Source: a virus. Taken from it: a DNA stretch of 34,753 bases. The stretch lies in the IMG/VR virus record IMGVR_UViG_3300007988_000043; one strand, 5' to 3'. The translations under genes were made by a program, and so were the position numbers. Under the pieces are notes generated by a model, which ran no database searches, was not told the DNA's origin, and saw nothing but the letters and a program-made list of their open reading frames with translations. Position 1 is the first letter of the stretch. Each line of letters starts with the position of its first letter. Shown here piece by piece: positions 1-7,361 of the stretch.

Positions 1-107
1 AGCCGGAGCGGGAGCGGGAGCCGGAGCGGGAGCCGGAGCCGGAGCCGGAGCGGGAGCTGGAGCTGGAGCTGGAGCTGGAGCCGGAGCTGGAGCAGGAGCG
101 GGAGCAA
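1..107. repeat. 3' part of a 173-bp tandem unit: 17 AGCNGG hexamers (1..102) plus AGCAA; continues the array cut off at the right window edge
   Basis: Read directly. N order is C G G C G C C C G T T T T C T A G. Nt 1..39 are identical to nt 34715..34753. Confidence 0.9.
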
Positions 108-293
108 ATGAACCAGGCATTGAAACGTGTGGGGCAGCGTATCACGCGGTTGCGTGAGATGAATCCGCATGTGTCGGCTTTGCGAGAACTAGAAGAAGAG
201 ATACATTGCCAGACTTTGCGCATAGCCTCGGTTTTTTCTAAAAGAGAAACGAGCAGTAGCGAAGATGAAAGTTGTTGTTGTGCGGTGATGTGA
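108..293 (+). CDS. hypothetical 61-aa protein with a charged helical middle and a C-terminal CCCAVM (CaaX-type) tail
   Basis: ATG 108, TGA 291..293. The first 26 nt are repeated at 34476 and 34649. C-terminus reads ...SSSEDESCCCAVM. No family recognised. Confidence 0.6.
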   Translation: MNQALKRVGQRITRLREMNPHVSALRELEEEIHCQTLRIASVFSKRETSSSEDESCCCAVM

Positions 294-331
294 TTTTAAA
301 AGGAAGTTCTTGAAATTGAGGAATATTAATT

Positions 332-895
332 ATGAAAGTATTTGATAGTCAAATTGACTTAACCGCGCACTTTGAGGGTTTTTGCCTAAGAGCTTACAAA
401 TGCCCTGCTGATGTTTGGACAATTGGATTTGGGGAAACCAATCCGGATGGCAAACCTGTAGGTCAAAATATGGTGTGCACTCTAGAGCAAGCAACTAAAT
501 GGTTGCAAATGCGTTTAAGTCGTTTAACATTACATTTTGAAGATAAATATAACACTGAAACCTTAGCTCAAGGTCGAGCTTTAGCAGATTTTGCTTATAA
601 TTTGGGAGAAAACGCATTTCCAACACTTTTAAAATATCTTAAAGCTGGAGACGTTCAGTCAGCAAGTCATGAATTTTTAGATGGATTTTATGTTAATAAA
701 AAGCCATTGCTGGGGTTGCTGCTGAGGCGCATATCAAACTATCACACGTTTATCACTGGCGAATACAAAGCATGGGAAAAAGGCGATCTAATTACACCAG
801 AAATTAAATCAATTTTGGTGCTTAAAAATGGGCATAATGACCTGGCTTTAGAAATGATAAATAAACTTGAGGTTGCTCGGAGGGTTGGGCTGTGA
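332..895 (+). CDS. endolysin, GH24 (T4/lambda-R type) lysozyme
   Basis: N-terminal HFEGFCLRAYKCPADVWTIGFGET matches the catalytic-Glu ... TIG(Y/F)G signature of GH24 muramidases. GAGG lies upstream of the ATG. Confidence 0.85.
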   Translation: MKVFDSQIDLTAHFEGFCLRAYKCPADVWTIGFGETNPDGKPVGQNMVCTLEQATKWLQMRLSRLTLHFEDKYNTETLAQGRALADFAYNLGENAFPTLLKYLKAGDVQSASHEFLDGFYVNKKPLLGLLLRRISNYHTFITGEYKAWEKGDLITPEIKSILVLKNGHNDLALEMINKLEVARRVGL

Positions 896-1638
896 ATATT
901 GTAAATTTTGAAAATAATGGATTGATTGACAAAAGAGCCATTACAGTGATGGGGGTTTCGTCTAAAAGCGGCGGCGCAATTGGATATTTTGGAACTGGCT
1001 TAAAATATGCAATCTCGACAATACTTAGAAATGGCATGACTATTACAATTTATCGAGGACTAGAAAAGCTAGAATTTACAAAGCAAAAAGAAAAAATACG
1101 AGATCATGAATTTGATATTATTTTAATGAATGGTCAAGAACTGGGTTTTACTACTCAGCTGGGGCGAAATTGGGAAACCTGGCAAGCCTTCAGGGAGCTG
1201 TATAGTAATTGCATAGATGAAAATGGGAAAATTTTTGAAGGGGATGCGTATCCTGAAGATTTAACAACATTAATCAGGGTTGAGGGTGAGGAATTTTTTA
1301 AACAATACACCCTGAAAGATAATATTTTTATTTCTCCAAGCCAAGTTCCAGATGAAATTTTCAACAGCTGTGAGGTTTACTTTAATTCAACTGGGATTTT
1401 TTACAGAAAGGTAAGGGTGAAAGATAAGGTCAAGCTATTATTTAGGTATAATATTTTATCAAATATTGATCTAACCGAAGATCGCACTGCAAAATATGAT
1501 TTTCAAATTGCGTGGGTCATAAGGGACGCTGCGTGCTTGTCAAATAATAAATGGTTTATTGAGAAAATGGTCACTAAAAATCAGGGGTACTTTGAAGATC
1601 AGATAGAATTTTGTGGAGCAGGCAAACCATCCATATAA
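892..1638 (+). CDS. hypothetical protein; possibly the N-terminal part of a longer ORF interrupted by TAA 1636..1638
   Basis: GTG start overlaps the endolysin stop (GTGA), with GGAGGG 7 nt upstream. The frame stays open from 1639 to 2067. GAIGYFGTGLKYA and FRELYSNCIDE faintly recall GHKL ATPase boxes but in the wrong order, so no function is assigned. Confidence 0.7.
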   Translation: MNIVNFENNGLIDKRAITVMGVSSKSGGAIGYFGTGLKYAISTILRNGMTITIYRGLEKLEFTKQKEKIRDHEFDIILMNGQELGFTTQLGRNWETWQAFRELYSNCIDENGKIFEGDAYPEDLTTLIRVEGEEFFKQYTLKDNIFISPSQVPDEIFNSCEVYFNSTGIFYRKVRVKDKVKLLFRYNILSNIDLTEDRTAKYDFQIAWVIRDAACLSNNKWFIEKMVTKNQGYFEDQIEFCGAGKPSI

Positions 1639-1725
1639 TTTTTAGAAACTGTTTACTTTTTAAGACAAAACAAAAGAACTGAATTAAAAGAAAGCGCGTG
1701 GAATCTTTATAAAATACACGCCCCG

Positions 1726-2067
1726 ATGTCTGTAGAAAAGCCATTAAGATTAACAGAATACGAAAAAACCATGCTTGAAAAAGCCGTTGATGTTTGCAAA
1801 AAACTTGGATTTCATCCTAATGAATTTGAAATTAATACATTTGAAACGTTAGGTTCTGCTGTCGCGATAGCGCAGCGAAAACCCTACAAAAAAATATTGT
1901 TATCTCAGGATGCTTACACAAAGGGCGTTCAATTTTTAGCTAGAGCTTTAGCGGAAGAGTATATACATTTAAAATATGATGTAGACGATTGTACACGAGA
2001 AATGCAAAACTTCATTTTTGACAAAATGTTTTATTTTGGAGCTCAATTAAAAGGAATAGAAGTATGA
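1726..2067 (+). CDS. hypothetical protein; possibly the C-terminal part of ORF 892
   Basis: Same frame as 892..1638 with no stop in 1639..1725 and no Shine-Dalgarno before ATG 1726. Ends in the triple stop TGA TAA TAG. Confidence 0.5.
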   Translation: MSVEKPLRLTEYEKTMLEKAVDVCKKLGFHPNEFEINTFETLGSAVAIAQRKPYKKILLSQDAYTKGVQFLARALAEEYIHLKYDVDDCTREMQNFIFDKMFYFGAQLKGIEV

Positions 2068-2101
2068 TAATAGAAGAATTCGAGGCGCTGGAGAAATTAC
2101 A

Positions 2102-2284
2102 ATGACAGAACATCAAAAGAAACTGATGAAGAAGTTGAACGAGCTTGCAGCAATCCTTGGTTATTACCAGGGTGCATTGAAAGGTGCCTATTTCGATAAT
2201 GACGAAACTTTAACTAAGATTGCACTTAAAGAAAACGATATCAACAAAGTTTTACTTAACATGCAGGATTTAATTTTGGAGTAA
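2102..2284 (+). CDS. hypothetical small protein
   Basis: ATG with GGAG 8 nt upstream; tightly packed with its neighbours. Confidence 0.6.
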   Translation: MTEHQKKLMKKLNELAAILGYYQGALKGAYFDNDETLTKIALKENDINKVLLNMQDLILE

Positions 2285-2286
2285 AG

Positions 2287-3171
2287 ATGTTTAAAAAATA
2301 CATACATTTAGAGAGACTGACGAGCGAAGAAGTACAGGGTTTGCAGGACGAAGCTTGTTTTATCGTGCCAAAACTAGACGGGGCTAATGCTTCAATTTGG
2401 TGGGAGGGGGCTAGAGTCTGCTGTGGCTCGCGTAATAACCAGCTCGGAGAGCACAACACTCTGCAAGGGTTTTACGGATGGGTTCAGGAAAACAATCTTA
2501 ACCTTACAGAATTCTTTGCAAGGTACCCATATTGTACAATTTATGGAGAGTGGCTAGTTCCGCATACGGTACAGGGGTATATTCCTGAGGCGTGGAGAAA
2601 CTTTTATGCTTTTGATATCTTACTAGAAGACGGAGTATTTTGGGAGCATCATCTTATTGATGCGGTGTTGGGGCGCTTTGGAATTTCAACTGTTCCTATA
2701 CTAGGCACTACAATGCAGACGACACCCCACCAGGCTTGGGAATCGTGCACATGGTTACTGAAGGAAGGCCATAGACACGAAGGGGTGGTTATCAAACGTG
2801 CCAACTTTGTCAACCCGTATGGACGAACTACTTACGCCAAGTATGTTCCTCAATCTTTGAAGCAAGTTGCAAAGGAGAGAAAGGCTAGAAAACTTCAAGC
2901 GTATACGGACGGAATAGAAAATGCAGTTGTTCATGAATTTTTAACTGAACACTTACTAGATAAAGAAATTGCTAAAGTTAAATTAGAGCGTGGGTTTACT
3001 ACACTTGACCCGAAATTGATTGGAGAAACCTTGGGAAGGGTTTGGCACGCACTTATCACTGAAGAAATTTGGGATATTTTGAAGAAGTTTAAAAATCCTA
3101 TGCTTGATTTTAGAGTGTTACGTAGTCTAGTAAATCAAAAAGTAAAAGATAAATTTGAAAGGGGCAATTAA
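2287..3171 (+). CDS. ATP-dependent RNA ligase, Rnl2-like nucleotidyltransferase
   Basis: Covalent nucleotidyltransferase motifs in order: I = VPKLDGAN, III = FYAFDIL, IV = EGVVIK, V = YAKYV. The C-terminal third looks all-helical (Rnl2-type) rather than OB-fold like. Confidence 0.75.
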   Translation: MFKKYIHLERLTSEEVQGLQDEACFIVPKLDGANASIWWEGARVCCGSRNNQLGEHNTLQGFYGWVQENNLNLTEFFARYPYCTIYGEWLVPHTVQGYIPEAWRNFYAFDILLEDGVFWEHHLIDAVLGRFGISTVPILGTTMQTTPHQAWESCTWLLKEGHRHEGVVIKRANFVNPYGRTTYAKYVPQSLKQVAKERKARKLQAYTDGIENAVVHEFLTEHLLDKEIAKVKLERGFTTLDPKLIGETLGRVWHALITEEIWDILKKFKNPMLDFRVLRSLVNQKVKDKFERGN

Positions 3172-3172
3172 T

Positions 3173-3406
3173 ATGAAGTGGTTTAGGAAGAAAGAATTGT
3201 GGTATCGAGTATATTTTACGTACTACGTACGAGACGAAATAGAAAACGCACACTGCGATATGGCTTTTGGCCAAAAAATGGATACCACAACTATACAAAA
3301 AGCTACTGACCGCTTGCTGAAGGCGTGCACAGCACACCCTAGATTTGAAACTAGGCCTCCCTATAAGATCACTATTAATTCCTGGAGCCCATTCTATGAA
3401 AACTAA
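3173..3406 (+). CDS. hypothetical protein
   Basis: ATG 3173 directly after the ligase stop, with GGGG 8 nt upstream. The track ORF begins at TTG 3155. Confidence 0.55.
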   Translation: MKWFRKKELWYRVYFTYYVRDEIENAHCDMAFGQKMDTTTIQKATDRLLKACTAHPRFETRPPYKITINSWSPFYEN

Positions 3407-3806
3407 CACAAATTTTTGGATTGAAAAAGAAGGTTGTTACAGGGGCTTGAAATACACTGTAAAAGCTTGCTCACGTGGCTATCGTTGTGGATATGTTAAC
3501 GTTCCCTTAGAACTGCAAGGGGTAGACCCCGAAATTCTAGATGGGTTAAGGGTTCACGGAGGGGTGACGTTTAATCAAGAAGGCGTTATAGGTTTTGATT
3601 GTCATCATTCCTGGGATGCGCTAGATATGGATATAATGGGAGAACTGGAAAAACAAACGCATCGTGAATGTTATGACAGTTACTTGTTCCCAGAGGCTAG
3701 GGTTAGATATTGCGAATATGTGGAGCAGGAATGTAAGGGGCTTATAGATCAATTATTGGAAACAGTAGGTGGACGTAGGGGGATAGAACGTGAAAGTAAA
3801 ATTTAA
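3396..3806 (+). CDS. hypothetical phage protein (CGYV ... VHGGVTF ... GFDCHH motif family)
   Basis: ATG 3396 overlaps the upstream stop. The motif pattern looks like a recurrent phage family of unknown function. Confidence 0.65.
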   Translation: MKTNTNFWIEKEGCYRGLKYTVKACSRGYRCGYVNVPLELQGVDPEILDGLRVHGGVTFNQEGVIGFDCHHSWDALDMDIMGELEKQTHRECYDSYLFPEARVRYCEYVEQECKGLIDQLLETVGGRRGIERESKI

Positions 3807-4086
3807 ATGCTTCAAGTGTAAAAAAGTAATGGAGGGAGTGTCTCCTAAAAACGAATCTTCACGTACTGACACTATCTGGGCCAACCTTGGTTCTTATGGG
3901 AAAGGGCCGTGGGAAAAAACTCAACACTATACTGGAGGCTACTCTATTACATGTCCACGTTGCAACTTAAAAAACCCGATTAGATCAACGCCCATAATTA
4001 CTGAAATGCACCATGGCGAACAATATGAACTTACCTGTTTAGGAGGGTCGATAGATTATGAGTATTATAGGCGCGCCATCGGCTAA
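3790..4086 (+). CDS. zinc-ribbon protein
   Basis: GTG start with GGGGGA 6 nt upstream. CxxC pairs: CFKCKK ... CPRCNL. Confidence 0.6.
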   Translation: MKVKFKCFKCKKVMEGVSPKNESSRTDTIWANLGSYGKGPWEKTQHYTGGYSITCPRCNLKNPIRSTPIITEMHHGEQYELTCLGGSIDYEYYRRAIG

Positions 4087-4188
4087 GATTCAGAGTGTGA
4101 AACGTATTCGCATGATCAATTAGATTTAACATTTTCAGTCGCTGCTAAAACACGAAATACTTAATAGGCTTAAACAAACAGGAGAGAG

Positions 4189-4935
4189 ATGGGTAAATTT
4201 GAAAATTTGACACTATACATTTTAGTACTACTATACAACAGTTCTTTAGTTTTTGGGACTGCTTACATTGTATTTTGGAGGGACAAAGCGGATGGTGGTT
4301 TTTATTGGCAATACTTTTCGCAGAGGTTACGGGCCAAGACGATAAAAATCATATTAAAGCTAAAAAGGAAAAACAAAATGAGTGAAATTCTATATTGTCC
4401 AAAGTGTAAAAATAAACTAGAATGTTATTGGTTATTTGATGGATCAATATCAAGTTATTACATAAGCATGGGTGATTGTTACACATGTGAACGACCTTAT
4501 TTTCAAATAGACTGCTTGACCGAAAATCAACTATCAAGAAAAACTGAAGAGTTGGAAAGCATTTCACTAAACGAATCTGAAGCTATAAATTTTTTTCAAA
4601 TGCTAGAGCGAGAACCGATGGCAAACGAAACCATGCAACAAGCATTTAAGCGGTTTTTAAAACGCAAATCTGGGAACGACATTGATATCGGTGCCAAAAA
4701 TAAAGAGGAATGGATTAACTGTTCGGATCGACAACCTGCAAAATACCAGCATATTATAGGTCGCAGTATTATGTCGGGAAATGTAGAAGACGGTTTTTAC
4801 ATAAAAGAGGAGGTTCTGTGCAACACTCAAGGCAAGTGGCATTTTGACCTGTGGAAACCTGCACGCACCGACAGGCATGTCGCCTCGTTAAGACCTGATA
4901 AATCCTTGGCAGTTGAAAAGAGTAAGCTTATATAA
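4189..4935 (+). CDS. hypothetical protein: N-terminal hydrophobic segment, zinc ribbon, C-terminal DUF551-like region (tentative)
   Basis: GGAG precedes ATG 4189; an alternative start at ATG 4379 has AAGGA upstream. Motifs CPKCKN ... CYTCE, and C-terminal EEWINCSDRQPAKYQHIIG resembling the DUF551 pattern. Confidence 0.6.
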   Translation: MGKFENLTLYILVLLYNSSLVFGTAYIVFWRDKADGGFYWQYFSQRLRAKTIKIILKLKRKNKMSEILYCPKCKNKLECYWLFDGSISSYYISMGDCYTCERPYFQIDCLTENQLSRKTEELESISLNESEAINFFQMLEREPMANETMQQAFKRFLKRKSGNDIDIGAKNKEEWINCSDRQPAKYQHIIGRSIMSGNVEDGFYIKEEVLCNTQGKWHFDLWKPARTDRHVASLRPDKSLAVEKSKLI

Positions 4936-4955
4936 ATATAAAAAAGGAAATAATC

Positions 4956-6119
4956 ATGAATGTAAAAACATTTTTACCGTGGGAAGAAATAGAAGACGTA
5001 GCACAAAAGCAAATTGAAAATATGTCTTTTCTGCCTATCTTAAATGGTAAAATTGCTATCATGCCTGATTGCCATTTCGGCAAAGGTGCGACAGTAGGAA
5101 GCGTGATACCTACATATAAGGCTATTATTCCTGCTGCGGTTGGGGTTGATATTGGCTGCGGAATGGAAGCGGTTAAGCTGCCTATTAAGGCCAGCGATTT
5201 GAGTCAGAAGCAGTTAAACTCTATCTTCCAAAGCATGAGCACTTTAATTCCATTAGGAGCGGGAGGGAGACATCAAGGTACGAACGGCATCTTAGATGTC
5301 TATCACAATGAATTAATGAGGGTTGCAACTCCACAGCTGCAAGAAAGTATCGCGGCATTATCCCCTTATGACATTAGACTTCAACTAGGTACGCTTGGCT
5401 CCGGTAATCATTTTATTGAGCTTTGCGCTGACGAAAGTGATGATCTGTGGCTAATGCTTCATTCTGGTAGTCGGCATATCGGCAACAAGATTGGCACTAA
5501 CTACATGGAAAAGGCTAAAGAACGGTGCTTAGAACTTGGCTTGCCCGATTCTGACTTGTCTTTTTTGAGCAAGGGGGATGAGCATTTTTCAGAATACTGT
5601 GAAGCTTTGAAATGGGCACAGTATTACGCTCGCTTGAATCGTAAAGTCATGATGAAAATATGTTTTAACATTCTGCAAAAGCATCAGATTTTAGTAACAC
5701 CTTACTTGGATCAAGAATACGAAACGGCAATAAGTTGTCACCATAACTATGTAGAATTTTTAACTGAGGATTCTTTTATTACCCGCAAGGGTGCGATTGC
5801 GGCTTATAGCGGCCAGATGGGTATTATCCCTGGCTCAATGGGCACTAAAAGCTATATTGTTAGGGGCAAAGGGAATTCTGAGTCTTTAAACTCAGCAAGT
5901 CATGGTGCAGGAAGGCGCATGAGTCGGAACGAAGCAAAGAGAACCTACACTGTTGAAGACCTAGAAAGTCAAACGCGCGGTGTGGTATGCAGAAAAGATA
6001 AAGGGATTCTTGATGAAATACCATCCAGTTACAAAAATATTGATACCGTTATTGAGCGTCAAAAAGATTTGATTGAAGTAGTGCATACGTTAAAACAGAT
6101 TTTAAATGTCAAAGGTTAA
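4956..6119 (+). CDS. rtcB: RtcB-type RNA 3'-phosphate/2',3'-cyclic phosphate to 5'-OH ligase
   Basis: Full set of RtcB signatures: MPDCHFGKGATVGSV, GVDIGCGM, GSGNHFIEL, HSGSRHIGN, CHHNY, IPGSMGT, SASHGAGR (guanylylated His). Confidence 0.95.
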   Translation: MNVKTFLPWEEIEDVAQKQIENMSFLPILNGKIAIMPDCHFGKGATVGSVIPTYKAIIPAAVGVDIGCGMEAVKLPIKASDLSQKQLNSIFQSMSTLIPLGAGGRHQGTNGILDVYHNELMRVATPQLQESIAALSPYDIRLQLGTLGSGNHFIELCADESDDLWLMLHSGSRHIGNKIGTNYMEKAKERCLELGLPDSDLSFLSKGDEHFSEYCEALKWAQYYARLNRKVMMKICFNILQKHQILVTPYLDQEYETAISCHHNYVEFLTEDSFITRKGAIAAYSGQMGIIPGSMGTKSYIVRGKGNSESLNSASHGAGRRMSRNEAKRTYTVEDLESQTRGVVCRKDKGILDEIPSSYKNIDTVIERQKDLIEVVHTLKQILNVKG

Positions 6120-6176
6120 TTGCTTGGGGCATAAATGTTAAATCAATCGAAATAATCAAAAAGAACTTTTGGGGGA

Positions 6177-6356
6177 ATGATGAACCATCTTAAATTTAGA
6201 GCTTGGCATAAAGAGTATAAACAAATGGCTGCCGTATTTAGTTTATATCTAGACCAAAAAACCCGTGGTGTAGATGTTTGTTATGATAACTTGCAAGCCT
6301 ATTGGCCAGAAGAAGAAATAATCCTTATGCAATCAACGGGACTTAGGGACTCATAA
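6177..6356 (+). pseudogene. 5' fragment of a YopX-family gene, truncated after ...LMQSTGLRD
   Basis: MMNHLKFRAWHKEYKQM ... ILMQSTGLRDS-stop matches the YopX N-terminus (KFRAW ... M ... MQxTGLxD). It ends where the conserved core should continue. The stop codon lies inside the tRNA-like anticodon loop. Confidence 0.6.
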
Positions 6357-6394
6357 TCCTTTGGTCGAAGGTTCAAATCCTTCTGGGCCCACCA
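6345..6394 (+). other. 3' half of a tRNA with CAU anticodon (Met or Ile2 type), not a complete gene
   Basis: Anticodon stem AGGGA/TCCTT, loop CTCATAA, variable TGGTC, T arm GAAGG-TTCAAAT-CCTTC, acceptor 3' strand TGGGCCC, discriminator A, encoded CCA. No complementary 5' acceptor strand or D arm upstream. Confidence 0.65.
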
Positions 6395-6417
6395 TTTCAG
6401 AGCACCTAAAAATTTAT

Positions 6418-6439
6418 GGGGTTATGTTGGGGTTATGTT
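6418..6439. repeat. perfect tandem duplication GGGGTTATGTT x2
   Basis: Read directly. It lies 24 nt after the tRNA-like CCA and overlaps the o-spanin stop. Confidence 0.8.
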
Positions 6440-6705
6440 TTATTTGATTTAACCCAGTTTTGCAAAGCTTGTAATTTAATCTGACAATTTCCGTAAAGCC
6501 TCAAAACTTCAATATCATGATTGACAACATCGCCCATACTCGCGCCCTCTTTTAAATAAGGCACATCATCACATGGTTGCAGTAAATTAGAGGGTGGCAG
6601 TAATTTGATTGATACGCTCTGCTGCGGCGTTAATGTTGAGCACCCCGCCAGCAGGCACGCTACAGCTGTCAAACACAGGCTCTTTAATAATATGAATTTG
6701 GACAT
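6433..6705 (-). CDS. o-spanin (outer-membrane lipoprotein, Rz1-like)
   Basis: Lipobox signal MSKFILLKSLCLTAVACLLAGC. The start is embedded in a different frame of the i-spanin gene (overlapped spanin architecture). Confidence 0.8.
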   Translation of the reverse strand: MSKFILLKSLCLTAVACLLAGCSTLTPQQSVSIKLLPPSNLLQPCDDVPYLKEGASMGDVVNHDIEVLRLYGNCQIKLQALQNWVKSNKT

Positions 6706-6934
6706 TCTTTTTTACCTCATTTATTGCTTCGTCATTTTGATTTATTTTAGACTCTGTGGCATCGGCAAGCTGCTGACTTTGAGTTTGAGCCTCATTGATT
6801 ACATGCACAGTTTGGACGTAGGTATCGTGATAAGTGCTTTTAATCCTCCATGCGTGCACTTGCCAGCCTGCTATAAACGCTGCCATTAAAACAACGATAT
6901 AAAGCGCAGGCTTAAACTTTAGTAACGCTATCAT
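6587..6934 (-). CDS. i-spanin (Rz-like, N-terminal TMD plus coiled coil)
   Basis: ATG 6934 with AAGGA 8 nt upstream (track ORF starts at TTG 6967). One N-terminal TMD followed by a charged helical periplasmic part; overlaps the o-spanin. Confidence 0.75.
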   Translation of the reverse strand: MIALLKFKPALYIVVLMAAFIAGWQVHAWRIKSTYHDTYVQTVHVINEAQTQSQQLADATESKINQNDEAINEVKKNVQIHIIKEPVFDSCSVPAGGVLNINAAAERINQITATL

Positions 6935-7166
6935 TTTTATCGTCCTTGGCCGCAATGCGCTTTTCAATTGCTATTTTGGTAGCCAACGTTATAACCCCAC
7001 CAAGCAATGTCAGGGTTGGCATGTCAAACGTTTTAGTTGTAATCACAAACCAAACATAGCAAACCGAGCTACATAAAATATAAATCAGGCCCCCCACGAT
7101 AAATAATAACCGTGAAGAGCTTGGCATTTTGGTTTTGTCATCAATAAAGAAATCTTGCCATTTCAT
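6912..7166 (-). CDS. holin candidate (two TMDs, charged C-terminus)
   Basis: Two hydrophobic helices, a Lys/Asp-rich tail, a possible dual start (M1 and M14), and position directly upstream of the spanins. Confidence 0.65.
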   Translation of the reverse strand: MKWQDFFIDDKTKMPSSSRLLFIVGGLIYILCSSVCYVWFVITTKTFDMPTLTLLGGVITLATKIAIEKRIAAKDDKNDSVTKV

Positions 7167-7357
7167 TAATGCAACCTCGTTCTAATCCACTTTATATTAT
7201 CATTCATCTCGCCCACTTGCGCCTGAATCCCTGAAACCTGCGCTTGCATTTGAGCAAGCCCAAGTTGGAGAGAATCAACTTTTTCAGTCATGTACGTAAA
7301 TACCCCTATAATTACTAGGGGTAGAAGCGCAACAATCAAAGGATGTTTAAAGTTCAT
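7166..7357 (-). CDS. small membrane protein with a coiled-coil tail (lysis accessory?)
   Basis: MNFKHPLIVALLPLVIIGVFTYM followed by a Gln-rich heptad segment. TAATG overlap with the holin start. Alternative start at ATG 7378. Confidence 0.5.
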   Translation of the reverse strand: MNFKHPLIVALLPLVIIGVFTYMTEKVDSLQLGLAQMQAQVSGIQAQVGEMNDNIKWIRTRLH

Positions 7358-7361
7358 TTCT

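Noticed and set aside
2065-2081. Triple stop TGA TAA TAG followed by GAATTC, considered as a sign of an engineered construct
   Set aside because: It is an isolated occurrence in an AT-rich intergenic spacer, with no other vector-like sequence.
6300-6394. A complete tRNA-Met gene
   Set aside because: Only the anticodon arm through CCA can be folded. No 5' acceptor strand complementary to TGGGCCC and no D arm exist upstream.
822-6889. Minus-strand track ORFs inside plus-strand genes (822..1037, 1155..1364, 2256..2459, 3110..3409, 4349..4567, 4657..4878) and plus-strand ORF 6605..6889 opposite the spanins
   Set aside because: Shadow ORFs with no start signals that overlap better-supported genes.
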